Assembly: GCA_934090735.1 (NCBI GenBank)
Contig: CAKOJR010000002.1
Coordinates: 22,337-86,336, forward strand
DNA length: 64,000 nt
DNA from: an uncultured Bacilli bacterium
Lineage (GTDB): Bacteria > Bacillota_I > Bacilli_A > RF39 > UBA660
Direction of reading: 5' to 3'
Shown: positions 8,493-17,881 of the stretch, in pieces
Numbering within the stretch: position 1 is the first letter of the stretch
Layout: each line of letters opens with the position of its first letter
The notes under the pieces: model-generated
Database searches by the model: none
Told to the model about the DNA's origin: nothing
Seen by the model: only the letters and a program-made list of their open reading frames with translations
Translations under genes and position numbers: made by a program

Positions 8493-11327
8493 TTATATTT
8501 TTATAATTTCTATTTTGTTAATTATTATTTGGTATCTATCTAGTCTTTTTTTGACATGACCATTTATTTTTAGAAGGTCTCCTTCTTTTATTTGATTAAT
8601 ATATATTATTCTATTTGGAAAGATAGTTGCAGATGCAGTTCCGGTTTCATCAGTAAGGTCTAAAAATGCCATAGTATCGCCTTTTTTGGTTTTGATTGTT
8701 TTAACTTTTTCTAGAAGACCATAGGCTTCAATATTTTTATCAAAATATTCTTTGATGCAGTTGAATTTTACGCCATTATATTTACTTGCTGGGTGATTAC
8801 TAACGTAGAAACCAAATAATTCAATTTCTTTTTGCATTAGAGTGCTTAGCGCTAGTTCTTCTTCTTTGATTAATTCAGGTTTAGATACTAGAGCATCACC
8901 TACTCCACTAACAAGTTCAGCATATATTAGAACGTTTTTAAGACTTGTTAAAAGGGTATTTCTAGTTTCTCCCATTTCATCAAATGTGCCTGCATAGATT
9001 AAGTTTTCAATTGTTTTATTATTTATCCCTTTGTTATAGATTCTTGATACAAAATCGGTAAAATCAGTAAATGCGCCTTTTTTTCGTTCTTCAGTTATTT
9101 CTTTGATAGCAACGGGGCCAATGTTTTTAATAATTGTTAGAGGCATTCTGATGCCACTTTCTTCAAAGGTGTATACGTCAGTGCTTTTATTTATTTCAGG
9201 TTTTAATATTTTTAATCCTAGAGTTTTGGCTTCATCAATGTATTCTTTGGTTTTAGTTGTGTTTATATTGATTGTTAGTAAAGATGCATAGAACTCTTTT
9301 GGATAGTTTATTTTTAAGTACATCATTTCGTATGCAAGCATGGCATAAGCTACTGAGTGTGATTTGTTAAAACCGTAACTAGCAAATTTCATGATAAGAT
9401 CATATATTTTTTCAGCATTTTCTTTTTTATAACCGTTATTTACAGATTTAGTAATAAATTTTTCTTTTTCATTTATAATGATATCTTCTTTTTTCTTGGA
9501 GATTGCTCTTCTTATAAGGTCAGCTTCTGCATATGTGTATGATGCTAGTTTATTAAATATTTGCATTATTTGTTCTTGATAGATGATGATGCCGTAAGTT
9601 TCTTTTAGGATGCTTTCTAAATCTTTTTCAATGTAGGTTACTTCTTCTTTGCCATTTCTTCTATTTATAAAAGAGTCAATGCTTTGCATAGGTCCTGGTC
9701 TATATAAAGCTAGAGCTAGGCTTAGGTCAGTGAATGTGCTTGGTTTTAGTCTTCTTAAGAAACTTTTCATGCCTTCACTTTCAAACTGAAAGATACCAAC
9801 TGTTTGAGCATTACTGAAAGCGTTAAATACTTTTTCATCATTTAAACTAATTTTATTAATATTTATTTTAGGATTAATGCTTTCTAGAATATTAGATATT
9901 GTTGTTAAATCCTTGATTGCTAGGAAGTCCATTTTAAGCAAGCCTAGACTTTCTAAATAGTTCATGGTGTAGCCTGTTAAGTAGTTATCACCACTTTTAA
10001 TTATGGGAATTACTTCGTCAAGAGCTTTACTTGAGATTACGACACCTGCGGCATGCGTACTAATATGTTTTTTTAGTCCTTCGATTTTAGTTGCTTCGTA
10101 GTATACTTTTTTGGTGTCTTCGTTATTATTTAATACGTTTATTACTTCTTTAGTTAAATTTTCTTTTAGAGTTTTTTTGGCATCTATTAATGGTGAAAGC
10201 ATGCTTATATCGACATTTAGGATTTTAGATACCGAAAGTAACGCTTGTTTAGATGCAAATGTTCCATAAGTCATTATAGGCATGGCGTTAGATGAACCAT
10301 ATCTTTCTTTGACATATGTAATCATTTCTCCTCTTTTTTCAGCGTCGAAGTCGATGTCAATATCTGGCATGGTGATTCTTCCTGGATTAAGGAAACGCTC
10401 AAAAAGAAGGCCATATTTAATGGGGTCTATTTGGGTTATTCCTAGAGAGTATGTTACTAGGGAGCCCGCTGCAGATCCTCTTCCTGGACCAACTAAAATA
10501 TTATGAGTAATTGCATATTTTACATAGTCATAAACAATAAGAAAGTAATCGGTAAAACCCATCTTTTTAATTACCGATAGTTCATAGATAAGTCTTTGTT
10601 TATAGTTATCTGGTACGTTGCCATTTAATCTTTTGGTTAAGCCTTTAACTGATAAGCTTTCTAGAAATTTATAGCTATCTTTAATATTGATATCATAGTG
10701 AGGAATTAGATTTTCTTCTCTTTCTATTTCAATATTAATAAGGTTAGTAAAATGTTTGTTATTTGCTAATATTAGGTAATCGTTTTTATATAAGTCCAAA
10801 TTTTCTTTAGAGTCATCATCTATTTCTCTTAAGTAAGATAGATATTTAGTATCTTCTTTTTTTATAGTTCTAGCTATATTGAAGATGACTTTATTTTTAA
10901 TTTCTGGGTGAGCATCCATATTTTGAACTCCTAAGAAAATATTTTGAGTAATTTTTAGTAGTTCATTATAAAGATTAAGATTTGTAGTTACTAGGTAAGC
11001 ATTTATAATGTATTTTTTTAGGATTTCTAAAGTCAGTTTATTATCTAATAAGTATGTATTTAGTTTAAATAAATCTTTTAGTCCTTGATAGTTTTTAGCA
11101 TATATATAGATATGGTCTTCAAGTGTTACATCTAAGGCGATTAAGGGTTTAATATTGTTTTTTTTACATTCTTCGTAAAACTCGATAGATGATGATAAAT
11201 TATCATCAATAATACCAAGTGTATCTATGTTATTAGCTTTAGCATATGTGATAAGCTCTTTAATCTTGATGAGACTTTTTAAAACTTCATAGTCTGTTTT
11301 GATACTTATTGCGTCCAACTTTATCAC
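8493..11327 (-). CDS. dnaE: DNA polymerase III alpha subunit, DnaE type (short form, degenerate PHP)
   Basis: 944 aa with GSAAGSLV, MPDIDIDF, FNKSHSVAYA and a C-terminal OB fold. The track start is GTG; a TTG three codons downstream (11318) has better spacing to the AGAGGTGAT SD, so the start is uncertain by 3 codons. Confidence 0.88.
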   Translation of the reverse strand: MIKLDAISIKTDYEVLKSLIKIKELITYAKANNIDTLGIIDDNLSSSIEFYEECKKNNIKPLIALDVTLEDHIYIYAKNYQGLKDLFKLNTYLLDNKLTLEILKKYIINAYLVTTNLNLYNELLKITQNIFLGVQNMDAHPEIKNKVIFNIARTIKKEDTKYLSYLREIDDDSKENLDLYKNDYLILANNKHFTNLINIEIEREENLIPHYDINIKDSYKFLESLSVKGLTKRLNGNVPDNYKQRLIYELSVIKKMGFTDYFLIVYDYVKYAITHNILVGPGRGSAAGSLVTYSLGITQIDPIKYGLLFERFLNPGRITMPDIDIDFDAEKRGEMITYVKERYGSSNAMPIMTYGTFASKQALLSVSKILNVDISMLSPLIDAKKTLKENLTKEVINVLNNNEDTKKVYYEATKIEGLKKHISTHAAGVVISSKALDEVIPIIKSGDNYLTGYTMNYLESLGLLKMDFLAIKDLTTISNILESINPKININKISLNDEKVFNAFSNAQTVGIFQFESEGMKSFLRRLKPSTFTDLSLALALYRPGPMQSIDSFINRRNGKEEVTYIEKDLESILKETYGIIIYQEQIMQIFNKLASYTYAEADLIRRAISKKKEDIIINEKEKFITKSVNNGYKKENAEKIYDLIMKFASYGFNKSHSVAYAMLAYEMMYLKINYPKEFYASLLTININTTKTKEYIDEAKTLGLKILKPEINKSTDVYTFEESGIRMPLTIIKNIGPVAIKEITEERKKGAFTDFTDFVSRIYNKGINNKTIENLIYAGTFDEMGETRNTLLTSLKNVLIYAELVSGVGDALVSKPELIKEEELALSTLMQKEIELFGFYVSNHPASKYNGVKFNCIKEYFDKNIEAYGLLEKVKTIKTKKGDTMAFLDLTDETGTASATIFPNRIIYINQIKEGDLLKINGHVKKRLDRYQIIINKIEIIKI

Positions 11328-11378
11328 CTCTTTCTTTTTGATTATATCATTTTTATTTTAAAGTTACCATAAAAGAGT

Positions 11379-11407
11379 TTGACAGGTAGCTTATTTTATG
11401 ATAAAAT
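11379..11407 (+). promoter_or_regulatory. sigma-A type promoter for rpmB
   Basis: TTGACA-17 nt-TAAAAT, with a TGn extended -10 (TGaTAAAAT). Confidence 0.6.
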
Positions 11408-11438
11408 CTAGAAGAATTCGAATTAAGGAGGAAATATA

Positions 11439-11606
11439 ATGGCAAAGAAAATTTCTAATAAAAAACCTTTATCTGGAAACTTAGTATCTCATGCTGAAAA
11501 TAGAACAAGAACTAAACAAAATCCTAATTTACAAACTTATAAAATTAATGGAGTTAAAGTTAGACTTACAGCAAGAGAAGCAAGAACTTTAAAGAAAGCT
11601 GCATAA
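11439..11606 (+). CDS. rpmB: 50S ribosomal protein L28
   Basis: 55 aa, below the ORF-track size cutoff. MAKKISNKKPLSGNLVSHAENRTRTKQNPNLQTYKINGVKVRLTAREARTLKKAA, with an AAGGAGG SD upstream. Confidence 0.85.
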   Translation: MAKKISNKKPLSGNLVSHAENRTRTKQNPNLQTYKINGVKVRLTAREARTLKKAA

Positions 11607-11631
11607 GTATCAGGTGATTGATACTTTTTTT
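11607..11631 (+). terminator. rho-independent terminator after rpmB
   Basis: GTATCA-ggtgat-TGATAC followed by T7. Confidence 0.65.
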
Positions 11632-11638
11632 ATGCAAG

Positions 11639-11660
11639 AAAAAACTGAGAAGATTCTCAG
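11639..11660 (-). terminator. rho-independent terminator after HerA-like gene
   Basis: On the - strand: CTGAGA-atct-TCTCAG followed by T6. Confidence 0.6.
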
Positions 11661-13409
11661 TTAAAACCATCTTGATGCGATATCGACGCTTGTTGACTCT
11701 GGCATAGGGTTTGGTAATTCTAGTTTAGATATTAATGGTATTTTAAAGGCTGTTCCAAATGTTATGGCAGTTCCCGGTGTTAAATTTTTTAGTTTTTCAA
11801 TTGTTTCATCACTTACAGAACTGGTGATGTTTTTTATTATTTTAATATCTTCTGGGTGGAACATTCTAAAAGCGATAAAGTTAGAACATTGTGATAATGC
11901 TGTATTTGATAGTTCACTTGGTCTTTGTGTAATAAGGCCTAGAATAACACCATATTTTCTTCCTTCTTTAGTAATGCGGTCAAATATATTATATCCTAAA
12001 ACGTTTATGTCATTATCATTTTGAACATATCTATGGGCTTCTTCTAAGATTATATGAATCGGATAACTTGCTCTTTCTTCTAGCTCTGTTGCAAAGTCAA
12101 AGAACATTTTAGCAAAGATTTTAGTTAAGGTTTTAGCAAAGCGCTCATCGATATAGTTTAAGTTCATATTGATAATCTGGTATCTACCTAGGTGGTTATT
12201 AAATAGATTTTTTATATAGGTTTCTTTAGTTATTCTCGTTTCTCCTACTTCAAAGAATTTTTTATTTTCACTGTTGATTATTTGTTGTAGTCTTACTTTT
12301 AGTTCATTATATTCATCATAGGCTTTATCACTTTTTAGGACGCCTTCACTTATTAGAGCAAACTCTAGAGCATAATATAAATCGTCTAAACTATAAGCAA
12401 TATCTTTTGATACTTCTAGAGAGCTTAAATCTAGTTTTTGATATTTTTCTAGGAAGTCAACTACAGACTGAACAGCGTTCATTTTACCTTGATTATCGAT
12501 GTTTAAGCACTGACGGATTGTTCTTGAATAGCCTGGTTGGTAAATCTCAGTTTCAGCATTTAAATCTTCTGTGTTATATCTCGAAAGAATTGCTAGGACT
12601 TGGTCTCTTATTTGGGTACTGTTACGCCCACTTGATAAGATATCTAGTAAGCATGAAGCAATAATATCATTTTTATAAGAAATCATTTTTTCATCCTGAC
12701 TTTTGAAGATATAAACCAGTTTGATTGCTTTTTCTAAGATAGGAAGTGATGAAGAGTTTGTTACGTGTAATAGTAGTGCTAGGTCATCTACTTCTAGGAA
12801 GTATGCGGGAATGTTTATTATTTCACCATCGCTTAAGTCTAATTTTGTTGTTAAATTTTTATAACCCATTCCATCAATATCATTTAAGTGTGATAGAGCA
12901 TTTTTATATTCTCCGTAGACATCAAATAAAACGATATGGGAGTTTACTGGCATGGATTCTTTGTTACTGTAAAGATTTTGAAGAATTCTTGCTACACCGC
13001 ATGATTTACCAGAACCAGTATTTCCTATAATTGCAAAGTGATTAGCAAAAAAAGCGTTTAAGTCAGCACAGATATTAAATCCTTCATAAGTATTTGATTT
13101 ACCAATATATACGCATCTTTTACCTTCCCCGCATCCTAGAAATAGTTCAGCTTCATTTTTGTATACTAATCTGGGGATTGATGAAAAATGTGGCTTTTTT
13201 AGAACACCTGAAGTAAATACACCATTTTTAATTTCACCAACTAGAAAGATTTTAATTTCATTTTCATCTATACCGACTATTTCACCTACTACGCCTCTAT
13301 TTTTTTCGGGAAATACTACGTGATAGTTTAAGTAGTTAACTTCTAATTTTTCACTTATATTTTCAACTATAACATAATTAGTTTCGATTGATTTGATTTT
13401 TCCAAACAT
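11661..13409 (-). CDS. HerA/DUF87-like P-loop ATPase (FtsK-HerA superfamily)
   Basis: N-terminal barrel-like region, Walker A GNTGSGKS, Walker B IILEEAHRY, and ITQRPSELS..SQCSNFIAFRM. Start moved to the ATG at 13409 (GGTG SD 8 nt upstream); the track start is GTG. Confidence 0.75.
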   Translation of the reverse strand: MFGKIKSIETNYVIVENISEKLEVNYLNYHVVFPEKNRGVVGEIVGIDENEIKIFLVGEIKNGVFTSGVLKKPHFSSIPRLVYKNEAELFLGCGEGKRCVYIGKSNTYEGFNICADLNAFFANHFAIIGNTGSGKSCGVARILQNLYSNKESMPVNSHIVLFDVYGEYKNALSHLNDIDGMGYKNLTTKLDLSDGEIINIPAYFLEVDDLALLLHVTNSSSLPILEKAIKLVYIFKSQDEKMISYKNDIIASCLLDILSSGRNSTQIRDQVLAILSRYNTEDLNAETEIYQPGYSRTIRQCLNIDNQGKMNAVQSVVDFLEKYQKLDLSSLEVSKDIAYSLDDLYYALEFALISEGVLKSDKAYDEYNELKVRLQQIINSENKKFFEVGETRITKETYIKNLFNNHLGRYQIINMNLNYIDERFAKTLTKIFAKMFFDFATELEERASYPIHIILEEAHRYVQNDNDINVLGYNIFDRITKEGRKYGVILGLITQRPSELSNTALSQCSNFIAFRMFHPEDIKIIKNITSSVSDETIEKLKNLTPGTAITFGTAFKIPLISKLELPNPMPESTSVDIASRWF

Positions 13410-13488
13410 TATTATCACACCTATTCTATAGATAATTTTACTAGAGTTATTTAAAAAAGTCCACTAAAAAAAGAGGCAAAGCTCTTTA

Positions 13489-13590
13489 TTAGATGAAAAC
13501 TGCTCCAAGGATTATTGCTAAAAGAATAAATAAGACTAAGACAATAAATGCTTCGCTTGCAAATCCTTGGTTTTCATTATTTTTGCACAT
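13489..13590 (-). CDS. tiny transmembrane protein, YjcZ-like
   Basis: 33 aa, MCKNNENQGFASEAFIVLVLFILLAIILGAVFI, with an AAGGAGG SD. Not in the ORF track because of its size. Confidence 0.6.
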   Translation of the reverse strand: MCKNNENQGFASEAFIVLVLFILLAIILGAVFI

Positions 13591-13605
13591 AGTAACCTCC
13601 TTTAC

Positions 13606-13710
13606 TTAAATAACTGCGGCACCTACAATGATTACTAATAGAATAAATAATACTAAAATGAAAGCTGCTCCGCTTATTCCGTAATTGTTATTTCCACAAC
13701 AACCGTTCAT
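13606..13710 (-). CDS. tiny transmembrane protein, YjcZ-like
   Basis: 34 aa, MNGCCGNNNYGISGAAFILVLFILLVIIVGAAVI, with an AAGGAGGG SD. It shares the FILVLFILL core with 13489-13590 and 38876-39073. Confidence 0.6.
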   Translation of the reverse strand: MNGCCGNNNYGISGAAFILVLFILLVIIVGAAVI

Positions 13711-13767
13711 AGTCTCCCTCCTTTTCATTACTCACTTTATTGTACGCGAAAAGTCTTAATTGTGTTC

Positions 13768-13796
13768 TTGTATTTTGGTTTAAGGACGTGTATAAT
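13768..13796 (+). promoter_or_regulatory. sigma-A type promoter for prsA
   Basis: TTGTAT-17 nt-TATAAT, with a TGn extended -10 (gTGTATAAT). Confidence 0.55.
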
Positions 13797-13814
13797 AGAT
13801 AACTAGGAGGATTT

Positions 13815-14834
13815 ATGAAGAAGAAAATTATAATGGCTTTAGTAATACTTGGATTTGCTACTGGATGTGGTAAAGTTCCTGTAATGAAAGATGGCGACCA
13901 AGCAGTTGTTACTTTTGAAAAGGAAGGCTTAAATATTAGTGCTACAAATCTTTATGAGAAGATCAAAGTTAATTATGCTTTATCTAATTTAATTGATATG
14001 GTTGATACTAAGATATTTAGTGAAAAGTATGCTGATAAGACTAGTGAAGCTGAAAAGAGCGCAGAAAAACAGCTAGAACAAATTAAAACTTACTATGTTG
14101 ATGATAATGGTAAATATGATGAAAGTGCCCTTCTAAAAGCATTAAACTCTTATTATGGAATTAATTCTATAAAAGATTTTAAAGAAACGCTTAAACTAAG
14201 TTTCTATCGTGATTTAGCAGTTGATGATTATGCTAAAGAAAGCATTACTGATAAAGAGATTGAAAAGTATTATAAAGAAAAGACCGTTGGAGATATTTCT
14301 TGTAGTCATATTTTAATTTCACCAAAAACTACTGATAGTATGACAGATGATGAAAAGAAAAAGGCTGAAGAAGAAGCATTAAATAAAGCTAAAGAAGTTA
14401 TTAAGAAGCTTAATGATGGAGCTGATTTTGCTGAGCTTGCTAAAGAATACTCTGATGATAGTTCTAATGCTAGCAAAGGCGGAGATTTAGGATACTTCAA
14501 TACCGGTGATATGGTTGAGGAGTTTGAAACTGCTGCGTATAAGTTAAAACTTAATGAGTATACTAAAGATCCTGTTAAGACTAAGTTTGGTTATCATATC
14601 ATTTTAAAAACTGGCGAAAAAGAAAAACCAAGTTTAGATGATTCTAAAGAGTCTATTATTGAAAAGTTAGCTAGTGAAAAAATTGATAGTGATAAAACAT
14701 TATCTATTAATGCTTTAGTTGAACTTCGTAAGAGTTATGGCATGACTATTGAAGATTCTGAACTTAAGAGTCAATATGAAAAGTATATTAGTAATCAATT
14801 ACTAAATGCTAATACTACTACAAGTAATAATTAA
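13815..14834 (+). CDS. prsA: foldase lipoprotein PrsA (parvulin-type peptidyl-prolyl isomerase)
   Basis: Lipobox LGFATGC, plus a parvulin domain with SHILI..GGDLGYF..FGYHII. Confidence 0.85.
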   Translation: MKKKIIMALVILGFATGCGKVPVMKDGDQAVVTFEKEGLNISATNLYEKIKVNYALSNLIDMVDTKIFSEKYADKTSEAEKSAEKQLEQIKTYYVDDNGKYDESALLKALNSYYGINSIKDFKETLKLSFYRDLAVDDYAKESITDKEIEKYYKEKTVGDISCSHILISPKTTDSMTDDEKKKAEEEALNKAKEVIKKLNDGADFAELAKEYSDDSSNASKGGDLGYFNTGDMVEEFETAAYKLKLNEYTKDPVKTKFGYHIILKTGEKEKPSLDDSKESIIEKLASEKIDSDKTLSINALVELRKSYGMTIEDSELKSQYEKYISNQLLNANTTTSNN

Positions 14835-14859
14835 TACGCTTATATTAGCGTATTTTTTT
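14833..14859 (+). terminator. rho-independent terminator after prsA
   Basis: AATACGCT-tatatt-AGCGTATT followed by a T-run. A second hairpin (AAAATCCT..AGGATTTT, 14862-14888) serves the convergent miaA. Confidence 0.65.
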
Positions 14860-14871
14860 ATAAAAAAAATC

Positions 14872-15738
14872 CTATTTTTTAGGATTTTCGTCTATATATT
14901 TGATAACTTCTTCGACTGTTTTATTAAAGTCTTGATAATTTGTTTCAAACCATTTAATATTCATTTGGTTATTAAACCATGTATATTGTCTTTTTGCATA
15001 GTGTCTACTATTTTTCTTTATTAAGTCTATTGCTTCTTCTAAAGATATTTCTTTATCAAAGTATTTATATAATTCTTTATAACCAATACCAGTCATAATT
15101 GCTTTTGATTTAATCCCCTTATCATAAAGAGCTTTTACTTCTTCTAGCAAACCATCACGAACCATAACATCTACTCTATCGTCGATTCTTTTATATAAAT
15201 TATCTCTATCTGTTGTTAGTCCTATAAAAATGGCTGGATAAAGAAGATTATTGCCAGATGTGTCATATTCACTTTCTTTATTTAAAGCGCGAACTAGTCT
15301 TTTACGATTATTTTCATGAATATCATTTTGAGGATATTTTTCATCGACTAGTTTTTTTAGTTCTTCATTTGAGTAGTTATCATATGCATCATTATTTTTT
15401 TCTTCTTCAGTAAATTTATAATCATATAAGCCAGCTTTAATGTATAAGCCAGTGCCACCAACGATGATATAGTTTTTATCTTTATTATTATCTAAAATAT
15501 TTCTTAGATCTTTTTGGTAGTCGTAAACTGTGTAGAGCTCATCCGGTTCTTTGATATCAAATAAGTGGTGAGGAACATTCTCTTTTTCTGTTTCAGTTAC
15601 TTTAGCTGTACCAATGTTTAGATCTTTATACACTTGCATAGAGTCAGCATTAATTACTTCAGCATTATATTTTTTAGCGAGTTCGACACTTAAACGAGTT
15701 TTGCCAACACCGGTTGGACCAGCTACAACAATTATCAT
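14872..15738 (-). CDS. miaA: tRNA dimethylallyltransferase
   Basis: P-loop AGPTGVGKT at the N-terminus, family-typical length, and an ATGA overlap with the upstream gene. Confidence 0.9.
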   Translation of the reverse strand: MIIVVAGPTGVGKTRLSVELAKKYNAEVINADSMQVYKDLNIGTAKVTETEKENVPHHLFDIKEPDELYTVYDYQKDLRNILDNNKDKNYIIVGGTGLYIKAGLYDYKFTEEEKNNDAYDNYSNEELKKLVDEKYPQNDIHENNRKRLVRALNKESEYDTSGNNLLYPAIFIGLTTDRDNLYKRIDDRVDVMVRDGLLEEVKALYDKGIKSKAIMTGIGYKELYKYFDKEISLEEAIDLIKKNSRHYAKRQYTWFNNQMNIKWFETNYQDFNKTVEEVIKYIDENPKK

Positions 15739-16076
15739 TTTAATACCTTTTCTATTTCAATAGCAATGCAACCATATTTTTTAATTTCTTCTTTTGAGTA
15801 GTATTCTTCCATGTCTTCTGGTTTAGCATCATCTTCTTCATTATAACCCATAGCTACTTTAGAATATTTTTCGTAGATAGGTTCAAAGCTATCTGCTTTA
15901 AATAAGTTTGTAATTACAACATCGATTTTTTCATTGTTAGCTCTATTTGTAAAGATTATTTTATCACCTACTCTTAAAGCTTTTCTTTTTTCGTCTAATA
16001 GTCTTAATTCAACTGTTTTTGTTCCTCCTTTAATTTTGTTAAAAGGTTCGTTATTTAAACGCATTTCATGAATCAT
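15735..16076 (-). CDS. ASCH-domain protein
   Basis: 113 aa. The pattern MRLNNEPFNKIKGGTKTVELRL..VGDKIIF is typical of ASCH/PUA-like domains. Strong AAGGAGG SD. Confidence 0.55.
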   Translation of the reverse strand: MIHEMRLNNEPFNKIKGGTKTVELRLLDEKRKALRVGDKIIFTNRANNEKIDVVITNLFKADSFEPIYEKYSKVAMGYNEEDDAKPEDMEEYYSKEEIKKYGCIAIEIEKVLK

Positions 16077-16088
16077 TTTATCTCCTCC

Positions 16089-17867
16089 TTAATTCATTAC
16101 TCTTTTAAACATTCTTTCTAGTTCATATCTAGTAAATGAGATTATTGTTGGCCTACCATGTGGGCAGTTATAAGGGTTATCACATTTTACTAAATCGTTA
16201 AGTAAGTTTTCGGCTTGCTCAGTAGTAGTGGCTTCGTTTCCTTTAACACTCATCTTGCAGGCAGCTGTAGCAGCTAAGTGGTCTTGGAATTTAGCTCTTT
16301 CAAAGGTTGTTGGGGTATTTATTAGAAAATCAATTATTTTTCTTATTTGTTCTTCTTCATAACCTGTTATTAGCCATGTTGGGTGTGATTTTACAATAAT
16401 TGTATTGATACCAAATTCTTCAAAGTTAAATCCAAGTTCTTTAAATGTTTCTTCTTTCTCCTTAAAAGCTAGATAATCACTTGGTGAAAGCTCAACACTT
16501 ACTGGGAATAATAAATCAGTTATAGTTATCTTTTCTTCTCTTAGAGCTTTTAATACTTTTTCATAATTGATTCTTTCTTGAGCCGCATGCTGGTCAATTA
16601 AGTACATGCTTTCTTCATTTTGTGCTACTATATATGTACCAAAAACTAAGCCGCATGGGTAAAGCTCTAAGTGTTTTACTTCTTCATTTTTTTCATTTAG
16701 CTTAAAGTCCATTTGAGTTTCTTCTGGTTTAGGTTCATTAAAAGTTGCTACTAAATCATTATTTGCAAATAATTCTTCTGAATAATCAATGGTTGGAGTT
16801 TGAAACTCAGTAATTTGCTGGTAATTTTGCATAGGTGCTTCAGCATTTTCTTCTGGTTTAGTTATTTCAATTTTGGGTATTAAAAGTGAATTATATAGAG
16901 CATTTTTAATTAGTTCTGTTGTTAAATTAATAAGCGTATCTATTTTACTAAATTTAATATCTTGTTTTGTCGGATGGATGTTAACGTCGATTAAGGTTGG
17001 GTCGGTTTCTATTTTGATTACGACAACTGGATACCTTATATCTGGTTTATATGTATGATATGCATCATTTATAGCTTTATTAAGTTCAGCATTTCTTACT
17101 ACTCTACCATTAACAATTGTAGTCATGTAGTTACGATTACTTTTTAACACTACAGGTTTGCAGATATAACCATAAACGTCATAATCATCACTGGTACCTT
17201 TTATCTCAAGCATGTTTTTACTTACCGTTTGACCATAAAGTTCATGGATACATTTTAGAAGGTTACCACTACCAGTTGTTTTAATTATAGTTGTGTCATT
17301 ATTAGTTAAAGTAAATGATATTTCTGGGTAAGATAGAGCTAACTTCTCCATATACTGAGTTGTATTAGATAATTCTGTTTGCTCACTTTTTAGATATTTT
17401 AGTCTTGCTGGTGTGTTATAAAATAAATCATTTACTTTAATAACAGTTCCTTTTCTTGCAGCACACTTGGTGTTCTCGATTAGCTTTCCGCCTTCAATTA
17501 CTATTTTTGTGCCAACGTCTCCTTCACTGGTTTCTAAAGTTACTTTTGATACGCTTGCAATTGAGGGAAGAGCTTCACCACGGAAACCTAAAGTGTTTAT
17601 GAAAAATAAGTCTTCTGGTTTATATATCTTACTTGTAGCGTGTCTTTTGAAGGCATTTAGAGCATCATTTGGGTCCATGCCTATTCCATTATCCATTACT
17701 TTAATTTCTTTACTTCCAGCATTTTCTAAAGAGACAGCTATTTCTGTACTTTGGGCATCAATACTGTTTTCAGTAAGTTCTTTAATAACGTTAGCAATGC
17801 GCTCTACTACTTCTCCGGCTGCTATTTTGTTGCTTAAGTCTTCACTCATTATTTTTATGCGATCCAT
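16089..17867 (-). CDS. mutL: DNA mismatch repair protein MutL
   Basis: IAAGEVVERIANVIKELTENSIDA, DNGIGM, GFRGEAL, and a C-terminal endonuclease-type region (DQHAAQERINYE). Confidence 0.9.
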   Translation of the reverse strand: MDRIKIMSEDLSNKIAAGEVVERIANVIKELTENSIDAQSTEIAVSLENAGSKEIKVMDNGIGMDPNDALNAFKRHATSKIYKPEDLFFINTLGFRGEALPSIASVSKVTLETSEGDVGTKIVIEGGKLIENTKCAARKGTVIKVNDLFYNTPARLKYLKSEQTELSNTTQYMEKLALSYPEISFTLTNNDTTIIKTTGSGNLLKCIHELYGQTVSKNMLEIKGTSDDYDVYGYICKPVVLKSNRNYMTTIVNGRVVRNAELNKAINDAYHTYKPDIRYPVVVIKIETDPTLIDVNIHPTKQDIKFSKIDTLINLTTELIKNALYNSLLIPKIEITKPEENAEAPMQNYQQITEFQTPTIDYSEELFANNDLVATFNEPKPEETQMDFKLNEKNEEVKHLELYPCGLVFGTYIVAQNEESMYLIDQHAAQERINYEKVLKALREEKITITDLLFPVSVELSPSDYLAFKEKEETFKELGFNFEEFGINTIIVKSHPTWLITGYEEEQIRKIIDFLINTPTTFERAKFQDHLAATAACKMSVKGNEATTTEQAENLLNDLVKCDNPYNCPHGRPTIISFTRYELERMFKRVMN

Positions 17868-17881
17868 AAAGCACTTCCTTT

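Noticed and set aside
14806-15024. 72-aa + ORF overlapping the prsA end and miaA
   Set aside because: It runs through the prsA terminator and antisense to miaA. It is a shadow ORF.
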